64,000 nucleotides of DNA from Sphaerodactylus townsendi (Eukaryota), in contig NC_059430.1 of NCBI RefSeq assembly GCF_021028975.2, positions 43,958,001 through 44,022,000 of the forward strand, given 5' to 3'. Of this stretch, positions 36,726-50,700 are shown piece by piece; position 1 is the stretch's first letter, and each line of letters begins with the position of its first letter. The translations under genes were made by a program, and so were the position numbers. Below the pieces are notes generated by a model. The model saw only the letters and a program-made list of their open reading frames with translations. It was not told the DNA's origin and did no database searches.

Positions 36726-37379
36726 CTACTTCTTCTTGGGCGCCGCCTTCTTGCCCTTGGCCGCCTTGGACTTGGCGGGCTTGGCTTTGGCCGTCTTGGG
36801 CTTCACCGCCTTGGCTTTGGCCGGGCTCTTGGCGACCTTCTTGGGCTTGACGGGCTTGGCCTTCTTGGGGCTCTTTGCCGCCTTCTTGGCGGCCGCGGGC
36901 TTTTTGGGCTTCTTGGGGCTCTTCTTGGCAGCCGCGGCGGCCTTCTTGGGCTTCTTGGCTGCCCCGGCGGCGGCCTTCTTGGCGACGGGCTTCTTGGCTT
37001 TGACGGGCTTCTTCTTGGCGGGCTTCTCCTTGCCCTCGCCGGACTTCTTGCCCAGTTTGAAGGAGCCGGAGGCGCCGATGCCCTTGGTGTGCACCAGGGT
37101 GCCTTTGCCAACCAGGCTTTTCAGCCCCAGCTTGATGCGGCTGTTGTTCTTCTCCACATCGTAGCCTCCGGCCGCCAGAGACTTCTTGAGGGCCGCCAGG
37201 GAGACGCCTTTGCGCTCCTTGGACGCCGCCACCGCCTTGGTGATGAGCTCGGTGACGCTGGGGCCCGACGCCTTGCGGCCCTTGGCGGCACCCGCCTTCT
37301 TAGCCTTCTTGGCCGGCGCCTTGGAGGCCGGGGCCGGGGCGGCGGCGGCGACAGCCACGGCGGGGGCTGTTTCAGACAT
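36726..37379 (-). CDS. H1: replication-dependent linker histone H1, 217 aa
   Basis: MSETAP start, winged-helix domain ([12 protein letters not shown]...[19 protein letters not shown]...GASGSFKL), Lys/Ala/Pro tail with SPKK motifs, stem-loop. Confidence 0.97.
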   Translation of the reverse strand: MSETAPAVAVAAAAPAPASKAPAKKAKKAGAAKGRKASGPSVTELITKAVAASKERKGVSLAALKKSLAAGGYDVEKNNSRIKLGLKSLVGKGTLVHTKGIGASGSFKLGKKSGEGKEKPAKKKPVKAKKPVAKKAAAGAAKKPKKAAAAAKKSPKKPKKPAAAKKAAKSPKKAKPVKPKKVAKSPAKAKAVKPKTAKAKPAKSKAAKGKKAAPKKK

Positions 37380-37458
37380 GACAGCAGGAAAGACCACCTC
37401 GCGACGAAATCACCAACGGAGAGAAAAGTGAGTGAACTCAAGTAGGTCAGCCGCTGTT

Positions 37459-37553
37459 TATTTATAGAGAAGAGCCGCCTCGTGATTGGTCCGCCGCAAA
37501 ACCCGCCCCGCTGCAAGGCAGAGAGGACTCTTCCGACCGATCAGTTTGTGTTT
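37459..37553 (-). promoter_or_regulatory. H1 promoter
   Basis: TATAAATA at about 37459-37466, CCAAT 37485-89, GC box 37503-08 and H1 box AAACACA 37553-37547, in the canonical order. Confidence 0.88.
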
Positions 37554-39395
37554 CTTTCGAGTTAATAAACTGTAAATTTTGCACAATATCGGCTCCCAAA
37601 GAATCAATTCTTTACACAGAAGTGAGCAGGAGAGGGCCGTCAGCACCCATGCGGTTTTTGGAGCGGCAAAACCAAACGTAACGATTTTAAAAGGGCTCCT
37701 AAGTGTTGGATGCAGCGGCTGGGAAGACCTCGCCAGAGAGAAACTTTTGTTTTTCTTTGTAAATTAAAGCCATGTAATTGTCAAAAATACCCGAAAAACT
37801 GTGCAGATCATATCTTCAGGCACTAATGCCTGTCTCGGGACCTGCTGTGGGTGATTTGGATTCGTGTGCTTATTGTAAATGGGTTTCAAGGAAACGGAGG
37901 TAACACAAACTTCCACAAAGTGCAGTCACCATTGCATAGTAGCCAAACCTTACCAATTCACCCATCACAGAAGAAAAGGGGTTAAATATTGTACTAAAAT
38001 ATTGTAAAGAACATGCACACTATTCGAAGGGTTAGTGTGATGTGTACATAATTGTATAAGATCCCCAAAATGCTTAATTCAGTGTCATCCAGAATGTAAA
38101 AGTACACGACACGACAACCTGAAGTTCCATTGAGACAAAGCTAGAGCAGAGGTTCAATTTGATAAGAACCTTCGCAATTAAATTTTTTAAATTGAGTTAC
38201 AATCCAACACAGAGTTCGATCTGGTTATTAACCGTTGTCCTGGTTCTACATCCATATTAAGCAGCAATAACATATCAAACATGATCGACTCTTCTGTCCA
38301 GCACTGCTTTCCTATAACTGAATCGAACCTCTTAGTGTCTTGTGCAACCGTAGGATACCATTCTAAAGATAAGGAAGCATACAAATGTATCCCTCCTTCA
38401 GAGTTAACCCCTTGAAAGCAAATAATAATATTAACCAGGCTTTCAGATAAGGTGGCAATTGGACTTGAAAATGAAAGACATCTCCTATGCATTCTATAGA
38501 GCTCAGAACAACCCTTTAAGTTAAAAGCTTCTTCCAAAGTCTATTGAACATCAGCAATTTTAATTTTAATTATTATATAACTTGAGTAACTAGATAGTTG
38601 CCTTGAGCACAATATGGAAGAAAGTCGGTTAATAAATGTCTTCAATAAATAAAAATACTTCTCTGTGACGTTTTTGTGAGAAAAGTTTCCCTCCCAGGGC
38701 AGTCCTATATACTGTACTTTATTTAGAAATGAGTCCTACTGAGTTAAGTGGGGTTTATGTCCCAATGGATTCAGCCAGTTCAAAGTGCATTTCAATATGA
38801 GAGTTTAAATGTGACTGTCAATCACCTCCTACCGAAGTTGGATGTTCCTGGACCCTGCCTAATTTGGATTTTAACCCCGGATTTGCTTAAAGCTTTCAGA
38901 TGGAGGAATCTGTGTTTTGTTCTCCAATGAAATAAGAAGGGGAAGCCTGGGGTTTTCAGAGCAGTTAGATCTCCATCCTGAAACCTATATAGATTTTTAA
39001 AAAATAGATCTAGATTACAGAAAGTACGAATGGTCAGAAAGTTGCAAAAACACTTGCTACAAGAGACCTTGTAAACCAGCCTAGAAGCTGGAAGGGAGCT
39101 GAAACGAGGCAAAAGGGATTTTCTCATGAAGGAAACCCTCAACCCCTGCTCAGTTCACGCCCCAAATAAGACAGCCGGAGAATCAGGACTGGATGTGCGG
39201 AGAGGTGGTCGCGTCCAGGTACGTCGCCAGACCAGGCAGAAAGAAGGTGACAGCGGAGACAAGACAGAGCCCATTTCCCGCAGCAAAGCGCGAGATTTCA
39301 AATGCAGACGCTCTCCAATGGGGATTGTTTTCCAACTCTCCGCCAATCCAGATACAGAGTCGGGCTAGAAAGGACTCTGCAATCCTCTTGTCCTC

Positions 39396-39688
39396 TTGCG
39401 CGCAGCCTAGGTCCCGAGCGGACCGGGGGAGCCGCAAGTGGCTGGAAGTCCGGCGCTCCCACAAGTCGGCGGAGCTGCTGACCCGCAAGTGGCCCTTCCA
39501 GCGAGATCGCGCAGGACTTCAGGAGCGATTTGCGCTTCCAGAGCTCGGCCGTGACGGCGCTGCAGGAGGCCAGCGAAGCCTCCAACCTGTGCGCCAGCCA
39601 CACCAAGAGGGTGGCCATCCTGCCCAAAGACGTCCGCGGGGGAGAGGGCGGGAGGGCTCCTCTGCGCCCAGCGGCCTTTAAGAGCAGC
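39396..39688 (+). pseudogene. histone H3 pseudogene
   Basis: Remnants [20 protein letters not shown] / [26 protein letters not shown] / [18 protein letters not shown] / RG. No ATG, several internal deletions and a frameshift. Broken stem-loop ggcctttaagagca at about 39673-39686. CCAAT boxes upstream (about 39315 and 39343). Confidence 0.9.
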
Positions 39689-41745
39689 TTCTTGGGCCAG
39701 AGTCCATTCCCTGTTCCCCTGAGCTTGGAGTGTGGGCAGGGAAGAGAGGGAGTAGGGAGGATCGAGACGGACTGTCGGCACATGGGATCGGTCACAGCCT
39801 TTTACTGTGCACCGTGTCACCCTGCGGTTCATAGCTTGTCCGAATAGCTCTTTTAGGCAGAGGAAGGTTTACTGAATGTAACGTGAGAGGCAAGAGAGGC
39901 TTTTGTTACTCGGAATGTGCTTGCTGATCCAACCAGTAGGAAGCAAGGCTGCCTCCTGGTTACGTTTACCCGGGTGCTGTTCAAAACCGGAGTCCATCAG
40001 TCGTTTAATAGTCGTACCCACTTAAATGTGTTTTATCCCGGCCACCTTTTTTGTTGCATGTATCCCAGACAGCGTCGAGCCACATTAGCCCTAAATCAGA
40101 TGCCCATTCTGAGTGACTGGCCAGAGGGGACTCAAACTGATTCAATAAATAGGCTGCAGCAGGCATTGTTTGCAAAAGATTATCTGCCATTGAGCAGAAA
40201 CAATTTTGCTAGCATTTCCAGGGCAGTTCCACGCATCTTTTTTCAACTTACTTTAAGTATAGATCTTCAATTTCTAGGTAGAGTTTCAAAGAGTAATCCC
40301 TCCCAGAGGCCCAGAAAATTGTCCCAACCTTTCACTTCCTGAGAGGGAACAGTGATTTAACACTGGGGGATGGATCTCTCTGCCTTATTTGAGCACATTC
40401 AGGATGATTGGGTTTTCTTTGCATTTGTAGAAAGAACACTCCCATTATGAACAAGTCCCTTCAAGACACTGCAAGAAGAGAAAATGCAGATGGAGGTTCT
40501 TGAATATGTACCCCCAGAGTACTGTGAAAACTAAGAGCAGAGTACTATGGAAACTAAGCTCCTTTTGATACCTTGAGTTTACCTTACAAATATTCAGGGT
40601 AGGGAAAATACATGCAGAAATTAAATTGTCCTAAGAATCTGACCAACTAGTTAGGCTTTTGAAAGGTAGATGCTCAAAGCTTAAACTTCAGCAAGTCTGC
40701 AGTGTATGCCTCACTGGAGACAGTCACCAAGAAGTTGGGAGGGGGAGAGAGAGAATCATGCCTGCCATCCTGAACTCCCTGTAGGAAAGGTAGAACAACA
40801 TTCAACACATTTCCAAGTTTCATCAATTTCCCCTCATAGCAACTAGTGTACAGTGGCCAGGACCACATATATTCTTCTGCTTGAGATGAGATGCATATAG
40901 TAGATGTGTGGCCCAAACTTTCAATTACAAATCTTTTAAAAAATCAAGCTTCTGGTCCTCTATTTTTATGAGGAAAAAAAGCACAGAAATACCTGAGTGG
41001 TGTGTTTGAGCAGCAAGGAATGATTTTCACAGACTGAACCCCTGAGACTGCACAGCACCTATTTCTTAAGGCTACTATTTCATAACTGCATTCCTCCATG
41101 GAACCACATCAGCACTCCCAAAATATTAAACACAAATGCACTCTCACAACCACAGCACTGTAGTACATCAAATATTTATTCTCTTTCATGAGACAGCAAT
41201 ATTCCTCATCAGCACAAAGCCACCATGGTGACTGTAGAACATACAGGGTGCAAGATGCCTGCATACCATGTAGCCTGCCCATCTCTAAGACAGCATATAT
41301 CCAATTTATTTCACTCAACTAAAACTGCATTACAAAAATATTTACAGAGAGTCAACAAAACTGAACATACAATCCTGATGATCAGGGATATGTGTAGGAG
41401 ATACTTCACCAATATGTTGTGGTTCCTCAAATTTATTCTTCCCTTCAACCATTCAAGAGACAAGAAATTTTCCATGGAATCGCTGACATGTCTCAAAATG
41501 AAAGACCACAATGTAGGAGACTGCACTCCCAAATTTAGCCTTTAATTAGGGAGCAGAGGGTGATTATACTCTTCTTCCAGTATCTGGACCCCAACCTGAA
41601 ACACAACTGGGATGGAGGGACTATTCTTTGTTACAAAAGGAACAGCAGTTCTGCTGAATGCTACTATAACTTAGGAACCACCTCTCCAAACAGAGTAGTC
41701 TGATCTCAGTACAGCAGATACAAAGGTTAAACAGGAAAAGGATTG

Positions 41746-44700
41746 TCACAGTAGCCCCTCCATTTCCTTCATGAAAGCTTCATACACATCATCCTTGGTC
41801 TGCACTGAGACAGGGGCAGAAGAGCCAGCTTTAGGGGTTGCTTTGGTTATCTGAACAGAAGGTTCGTCATCAGGTTTCCTCTGAGTGGAAGCAGAAGTCC
41901 CCTTGTTCTCTCGGCGGACTCGCAGGGCCGTGGGTACAAAGCGAGTGATCTCGGCCTTGGGGTTTGTAATTTGTGGCTTGGCACTAATAGTTGCTGTGGC
42001 TTTCTTCTCAATGGTGGCTGCACTGGTATCGTCTGCCTTGGGGCGCTGGATCAAGCTGGGAGGAGCACTTAGTACTCCAGGATTTGGAATCGGAGCTGGT
42101 GGAAATATTCCAGGTGGAGGAACCAGAGGCGGACGCAACATGCCTGGACGAGGAGGTGGGATACCTGTACGAGATAAACATGGCAAAGAATTAACAAGTT
42201 ACAGCAAAACTAGCTATCAACTGAAGGTCTCTTAAATTCCCCTTAGTATAAGTATCAGTAGTGCCTTTGAGTGCACACATTTAAATCTGTGTGGAATAGT
42301 AGTTGGAGTGTCAGACTAGGATTTAGGAGACTCACGGTTAAATTCCACTCTGGTCCAAGGTAACCCAGCAAGCTTCCATGGCAGTCACACACATGCACAC
42401 ATATATAACCTAATCTACCTAACAGAATTGTTGTGAAGCTAAAATGGAAGAGAGGCAACAACACAAGGTGGAGGATATATGAAGTAAATATATTCCACAG
42501 TGTGTAGCAACATTGAATAAAGCCTCATATATTCTACTGAAATTCCTTTCAACTTGCCCATGAGCACAAATACCACACTGTGTTTGAGATATATCAATAG
42601 AAAATGTGTTGCGAGACTGACTCAAATCCTTTGCCCTGCATCTTGTAACTGGAGAAACAAGAAAAGAGACTCCCCTTACCTGGTGGAGCTGGAGGTGGTA
42701 AACGAGGTGGGGGTCCCCTTGGAGGAGGGCCAGGAGGCAGACCTGGAGGTGGACCAGGTGGAGGGCCAGGAGGCCGGCCAGGGGGTGGTCCTGGTGGCAA
42801 AAGTCGTGGTAATGGTCCGCGCAATCCAGGCAATCCTGGTGGCCTGAGGAATGGAGGAGCCCCTGAAAAAGTGCACACAGCATAGTTTTAAGTTTTACTT
42901 GCAGAAATACTGGTTCAACACCTCCCAATAACTGTGAACAGATTAAGGCGAAGTGTCTTCTTTTAGACAAAAGCACCAAACCAGATCATGTAAGTATTTA
43001 TTTATTTATTTATTGTTTCAATTTCTATACCGCCCGATCCCCGAAGGGCTCCGGGCGGTGAACAACAGAAACCAACAACAGACAGGAGCAAATCACACAT
43101 AAAATATAAATACATAGGCTCCATCTCATGTAATGACTAGGAATAATTTAATCCAAATATTCAACTTAATGTTGAGATCTGAAGCCAAGCATTTTGCCCC
43201 ATCCTCTTGAAGGTAACCTTTAAAAGCCAACTTGACCTTGAACAGACCCAGAGGCTCAAGTCAAAGAGGTAAAGGGACAAAGTGTCTGTAGCATAGCCAG
43301 CTAAAAAGTTCTATGGGAATGAGTGGATGTAGAATCCATTTTCTGACCACGGGAGGAGCCTGAGAGACCTGAACTGGCTTTTGAGTGCCCTTGGAAGCTG
43401 CAACAGAGAAGGGGAGTGCAGTGTATAAGTGACATCTAAGGAGAGGATGGTAGGGGACACCTCAGCCTGGGGGAGAAGCTACACACCAGGCTGGTGCCAC
43501 AGGAACTCAATTCACTGAATTCTTTTTCAAATTTTTGTTTGACTAAAGACTGTTTTGGAATTTTTGTAAGCCCTTTTGAATCCCCGATGGAGAGAACAGT
43601 GGGGTAAAAGTTTCTGATAAAATATTTTAAGGCTTGACAAACTGCATTTTAGCTTTATGCATGAGAAAGGGATTCTCATGCATATGAAGGGATTCCATCA
43701 CTGCCAAATTACTTTAGCAACAACTAGCTCTTTTTTTAAAAAAAGTGTATATCTCCCATTCCACAAATTCAGAACAGTCTATTGATATAACAAAATAAAA
43801 ACAATCCAGCCACAAACAATAATGAGATTCACCCAAGTCAGGCAGACACACCTAAGGTCAGAGGTTTCAAAACTTTCAACTTTGGACCCCAAATCAAACG
43901 CTCACCTGGAGGAGGCCCAGGAGGAAGGCCAGTTGGTGGCCCCGGAGGCCTCAAGGGTGGTGCTGGAGGTGGTCCAAGAGGAGGTGGCCCTGGCATGGGA
44001 GGTGCCTGCATTTGAACTGGAGGAACAGGCTGAGGGGGTGGCTGCTGCTGTTGCTGGGTGGCTTGGGAGGGCACCGATGGTGCAGTCTCCGTGTGGGATT
44101 CTTCTGTACTTGGCTGCTGGGGTGTCTCTTCAGCATCTGAATCTTCATCATCATCGTCGTCATCTTCAGAATATTCTTCGATCTCTTTGCCACCCTCAGG
44201 AATTTCTTGACCTGCAAAGAAAGATAGGAGATGTCTTGGTAGAAGGAAGGAGCTTCTAGGCATATGTACAGAGACCAAAGGCACAAAACAAGCTGGCATT
44301 TTATAAAAGCAGATTGTTCTCCCTAAAATTAAGATATTCCCTTGAAGTTTATAAAAAAATCTCCATTCAACAAGATTATCAGATGTTCAAAAATTATTGG
44401 GAAAATTATATGTTCAAGTCTTTTGGGGCATTCTCCCCACACCCATCTTGATATCGTAAGTTATTAATACAGATTGCAGACATTTAAATTAAAACTATTA
44501 TGGCTGCAATATTGCACTCTGCCTTGCACTTACATGAAGCCCCATATTAAAGCCCCAAGATTGGTCTGCAAGTCCTGGAACACAGATCTTCCACTGCACT
44601 TCTACACAATACATAAAGTGCACTCTGAACAATCCATTAAATTCCCAGTGAAGAATAAGTTGCTTAACAGGTTGTTGCTGATAGATTCCTGTAGCTGTAA

Positions 44701-47700
44701 AAGCCTAACTCTCAGCAGCAGAATAAATAGCAAAACCCAACCCAAAAGTCCCACAACTATCAGCAGCAGACAAAAGGGCTTCCTCATTCTTCGCCTCTGC
44801 TGCTCTAGGATTCAATCAACTTGAACAGCAGAAAGGGGCAGAATCCCTCCCCTTATTTTTCCATCACTGATGCTGACAGACTGTTCACATATAGTAGGGA
44901 TGTGCTACATTCAGCTCTGCATGTTTCTGTTAAGAATCATGGAGGTGGAAAGTGCTTTCAAGCTGCAGCTGGCTTATGGCAACCCTGTAAAGTTTTCAAG
45001 GCATCAGACAAACAGAGATGGTTTGCTATTGCCTGCCTCTACAGAGCAACCCAGACTTCCTTGGTGGTTTCCCATCCAAGTACTTACTAGGACTAACTGT
45101 GCTTAGCTTCCAAGGTCTAGGGGGAAACTGTTTTGTCTAGCACACTCAACCTCTTTCCTGTAACCTTTACAAGACTATAATTAATCTGTTAGCTTTTTAA
45201 GGAGCCAAAGAGCTGTATCTATTTGAAGGGTTGGGAACCAAAGCCAAACAAAAGAATTTTTTTTGTTGAGATACATTGCATTCACTGACAAGAATAACCT
45301 CCCCTCTCTCCCAGGAACATTTCTTTTATTTGTATTTGTATCCTGTATTTGTAGGGCTGTATTTCTACCACAGGACATAGGTAACTCTGTGTCTGAACAA
45401 AAAGATTACTTTACTGAAACCATGGCACATACCCCAGAACATGTTTACTAGATGCATGTTACTATTTTGCAAACTGTAATTAATCCCTTATAAGTGAAAA
45501 GTAAAAATCCTTCACAAAATGTTGAAAATAAAATACTTCTGAATCATGAGAATTTCTCAGGATATTATTGACTTTCAATTTAACTATTTGAGAAAATAGT
45601 TGTAAAATTTTCAAGTTTAATTGCCTAATGACATAGCATTATATAAGTTTAGTGACAAAAAGAAAGCCATGCCTAAAAATCTACAAAGAGATGACAGAAA
45701 ATGTTCTCACTGAACTCCTTTCACTCAACAGATATCACCATGATCCAAACCTAAGCAAAGGAGGAGACAGTGATGGAAGTAGCAGATGGTCTTTTCACAG
45801 ACTATCTCAGTTCCAGTCTTTCTGATTTGACAGACCTTCCAAACAAGGAAAGCAGCAACGTCAGGTCTTTACCATTTGGGAGGGGGGGATGAGGAGAGGT
45901 TACAGCAATTCCAAACTCAACAGCTACAGTCACAACCAGACCATTGTGAGCAACAATTCAGTTATGCCATAGAATTTATCAAGCTTCCCCCAGATCTTTT
46001 CGTCCATCCTCCAGTTCCTTCAGGGGGAGAAACTCACCATAACACATCTGCCATAACACATCTTCTGAAAATAAGAATTAAAGAGTCTAATCCTGCAAGC
46101 ATCGCAAAGGAGTCTACTTCACCATCTTCACTGTACCCAGGAAAAACTGGCAGGCCATTCTCAGCCTCAAGTATGTCAACAGATGTGCGACACAGAAACA
46201 CTTCCATGTGAAAACTCTGCAACCAATCAACAAGACCCTGAATCTCAAGGCCTTCATGACCTCAATCTATCTCACATCACAGAAGCATACCTGCATATCC
46301 CCATTTTCCTGGGACATCACAGGTTCCTCATGCATTCAACAGATGAAGAGATCTAATTATGCAGGGTTAAGTTCCTATGGATGGCTAAGTCCTAAACAAC
46401 CAAAGGTTTTTTGCCATTCACTGAAAAAGGAACGAAACCCAGGCTATAGCGGTGGACCAGGTCTGATGGCAATGGATGGCTTGTGTCCTTGAGCATTGCA
46501 AGGAAAGAAATTTGAGGACTCTTGTGAATATTTGAGGATACTTGCGAACACATGTGAATACTGCCTTCTGAAAGCATGTTAACAGACTTTATATCACGTA
46601 AGTAAAAGTGGTGGCTTTCCACAGCGCAATGCTTTGTGAGTGGTCTGCAGCGATTCATTGTTGAACAGGATTGACTCTCTAAAGACTGTGTTTCTAATAG
46701 TGCTTAGTTGATAATCTGAACAGGTGATACTCCATGTACGATATAGTATATATAAGAGGGCTTGAGTTGTTTGTGAGTTTGCATATTTGTATTACATTGG
46801 TGCACTTTATATCAGATTATAATTAATAGCATAACCACAACATTGGCCATTGGAGTGTGTTTTCTTTTTCTTTGTTAAGATTAGGCTTACACCTCTCCAT
46901 TTTTTTCATGTATCCTCAGTTTCTTTTACCAGGACCTACACTATGAATTCAAAATACTTCCATTTGGACCGGCCTCAGCTCCCAACAGTTTTTTCCCAAG
47001 GTCCTGGTGATTCCAGTGGACTGGCTTGAAGACAAGGAATCCAAATTAATTCATACTTGGGCAACCTTCAGATATGTTCGCTATCCAGGGAAGGAAGGAT
47101 ACCAACAAAATGATACAGATGCTGGAAGATCATTGCTAGATTCTGAACCAAGAAAAAATCAACCTCATTGAAGTCACAGAATCTGGGGATCAGACACTCA
47201 GAAGAGCATGTTATATCTGCCTGAAAACAAGGTCTATAAGATTACATTTCAAGTATGGTCAGGACCACTCAGCTAATATTGCTGGCCTGCCTACCAAGTA
47301 CTTATGATTTCATGTACATGATCAGACTGTTGGGCTTATCTGCACTCTAGACCACTCTAATATTACCAGGTGGAGATCTTACAGAAAAGGGGCAAGGTAT
47401 TGACTTCATTCCTACTGGTGAGACAAAGCTTGATCTGGTGGACCAAAACCTGGAGGCAAGCACTAAGACAACCAGATATCCCTTGTACAAATCTTCATGG
47501 ACACTATGAAGACATCAGTTTGTCAAGTTGGGGCACCTCACTTCAAGGGTATCCAGCCCAAGAATCCTGGGCACAGAAGGAGCTGAATACCAACATCCTG
47601 GAACTCACGAGCTATCCAGAAGGTGCTTTTAGAATTCCAATCTAAAATTAGGGACCAACACGTCCACATCAGGATGGACAACATCTCTGCCAAGGCAAAC

Positions 47701-50700
47701 AGAGAGGGTCAAAAACAGGAAGGATCCAGATCCTCTACCTTGCATTGAGAAGCACAAAGCATCCTTTCATGGGGAGAAACACATCTGCAATCAATATCTG
47801 AACGGCACATTCAAGGAGTCCTCAACACACAAGCAGACTGTTTGGACAGACACATGATAAAGAATGAGTGGTCTCTCCAGGTGGAGGCCTTCCAACAAAT
47901 TGTGATCAAATTTAGTTTTCCAAAGCTGGACCTCTTCACCTTGGCTTCCAATTATCAAATGCTGCAATTCTTCTCCAGATATCATCATCCACAAGCTGAA
48001 CAAGTGGATGCCCAAACTTCTTCATAGCCCAAGGGGCTCCTGTATGCCCTTCCTCCATCTCCAGTGACTCCAAAGGCACTGAGGAAGATATACCAGAAGT
48101 GAGAGTTAGTTATCTTTGTGGGTCCAGAGCAGCTCTGCAGACCTTGGTTTCCTTCTCTGGTGGAATTATCCATACAAAACCCCTAGTATATTCCAGTGAC
48201 ACAAGACATGCTACAAGAAGAGAAGAACAGTTTTTCTTTTTATACCTGCCCTTTCTCTCCTGTAAGGAGACTCAACCGGGCTTACAATCTCCTTTCCCTC
48301 CCCCACAACAACAAACACCCTTTGAGGTGGGTGGGGCAGAGAGAGCTCCGAAGAGCTGTGACTAACCCAAGGTCACCCAGCTGGCATGTGTTGGAGTGCA
48401 CAGGCTAATCTAGTTCCCCAAATAAGCCTCCACAGCTCAAGTGGCAGAATGGGGAATCAAACCCGGTTCTCCGGATTAGAGTGCACCTGCTCTTAACCAC
48501 TATGCCACTGCTGCTCCTCTAATCCCATATGGCATCTGGATGCAGTCAGTACATCAACTGACTGTGTGGATCTTCAAAGGAACCAATTGTTAGACCTAGG
48601 CTATGCTCCAGAAATTGCAGAGACCAATATGGCATCCAGGAAAATATCCACTAAAATATCCACAGCTCCCTTCAAGCCACTGAGAGAGGCTCCACTTAAG
48701 TGGCTACACACAAAAATCGTTTTCTAATGATGGTGACTTCAATTAGAAGGATATCAGAACTGGCAACCCTACCAGCCAGAAAAGGGCTCCATATTTTCCA
48801 TAAAGACAAGGTGGTAATTCCACTGCACCCTACATTTATCCCCAAAGTTAATTCTCTGTGCCACTGAAGGTAAGAGATTCACTTACCACCCTTTGTCATC
48901 AACCAAAACAGGCCAACAAAAGGCCTAACATACGTTGGACCTGCATAGGGGTCTCACAACATATATTTGACATATGGAGGCTATCAGGAAAACAGACTTT
49001 CTATTCATTTCCTTGATGGCTTCGAACAAGGGAAAGAAGATGTTCAGATCAAAGATCAGGTATAATATCAGATAATGCATCTTCCAAGCCTACAAGGCCA
49101 GCAACATTCCTATACCTCCTGGAATCACAACCCAGTCAGTTCAAAGCATGGCTACTAATGCAACCTGTGACCATCAAGCCTCAGAGGAAGAGATATGCAA
49201 AGCAGCCATGGTCTTCCATTTCAACCTTCATCAGGCCTTATAAAATTAAATCATTCTCATCAGCCAAAGCAGCTTTTGGATGCAGAGAGCTGCAGCGTGT
49301 GGTAGACCAAAACTAGTTCCCACCTGAACTGGAGGGCACCACTACTGGAAGTCCCAAGATCAAGATGCCCTCCTTCTCAAAGTGAGAAAGAAACCCAGGA
49401 TACTCGCTGAGGGCTCCCTCTCCTCTGAGGTAAAGAGGGCATCTTGGCCACTCAAGTTAAAAAAAAAAGAACTAAAAGGGCATCCAACAATCTGACCAGA
49501 CAATTAAAAATGCCAAAACTATACCCAAAATTACAAATGCTTGTGTAACAAAACACCAACTAGAGAAAGGCTAATTTTCTTACTCTTCCTGATACTAGTT
49601 TGCTTTCTTATTCATTGCTACTAACATACCGAATTCCAGGGCAGTGTTTTCACCAGTTCTCGTTAATGTTCTATGTTTATTAGAATCCTTCTTGTCCTTC
49701 TTACCTCAGAAACCACTTAAACTGAGCTCAGGAGATTTCTGCCTGACAAATGGTAAGTGGCAATTTAGCCCTGAATCCCTGAACAGCCAATGGTAATCAC
49801 ACAAGATGCCCTCCTTATCTCAGAACAGGAGCCCTCACGGTATGTATCAAAGGTACTGTTTTCTAAATGTCTCTAATAAAGCTCTTTTTAACTTTTATTG
49901 TGTTAGTTTACTGATGCTAAGCCCAGGTGTACTGGGTTACATTAGTGTACCACAGTTTGCTTGCCAAGATAGCAATGACAATAAATATGGGCATTACCAA
50001 CCTGAAGAGTCTCTAGAAAGCATATCTACACCCTTGGATGTGGGTTTTCTGGGCTGTGTGACTGTGAGTAGTTTCTGCTCCTAACATTTCATCCATATCT
50101 ATGGCTGGCATCTTCAGAGGCACACCACGGCACGATGCAGGCAAAACTTTAGAAGAAAATACTACCAGACCATGGTCACACAGCCCAGAAAACCCACAAC
50201 AGCCAGGTGACTCCGGCAATGAAAGCCTTCGACAGTACGTATATACACCAGCTGCCATTTGACAAAGCTCAGGGGGAAAAATCCCACTCTTTTATCACAA
50301 TAATAGAAAGCAAGTCTAATTAATCCATGGGATTGTGAATTTAGAAGTCAACTACTGAATGCAACTTACCAGTTAGGAATTACTGCTATAACACATGTGA
50401 TGATACATTTATAACCATATCAGGCAAACAATTATAAAGCAGAGACCAGATCCTACATCTTTTCTTAAAAATATCCTTGGAAATTACAGTTCCAGGCAAG
50501 ATGGCTTCTATCGCTCATGTCTAAATATAAAGGGCCGGAAGTGGGAAGAGCGGGGGAAAAAAATCAAATTCCTTTTACCAGCCATTCGTAACATCATGGC
50601 CTGAAGTGGAGTGAGCTCCTTCATGTTCTTTTTCTTTTTCCGTGATTTTCCAGGCATGTCAGCAAACCGTACACTATGACCTACAAGAATAGCCAATGAA

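Noticed and set aside
36574-37445. Long plus-strand Leu/Gly/Ala-rich ORFs
   Set aside because: Antisense shadows of the GC-rich H1 CDS.
39193-39847. Overlapping 105-165 aa ORFs as a novel H3 variant
   Set aside because: H3 homology is split across frames, the start codon and core helix segments are missing, and the stem-loop is broken.
48440-48520. tRNA gene
   Set aside because: The A and B boxes belong to a SINE head; there is no complete cloverleaf.
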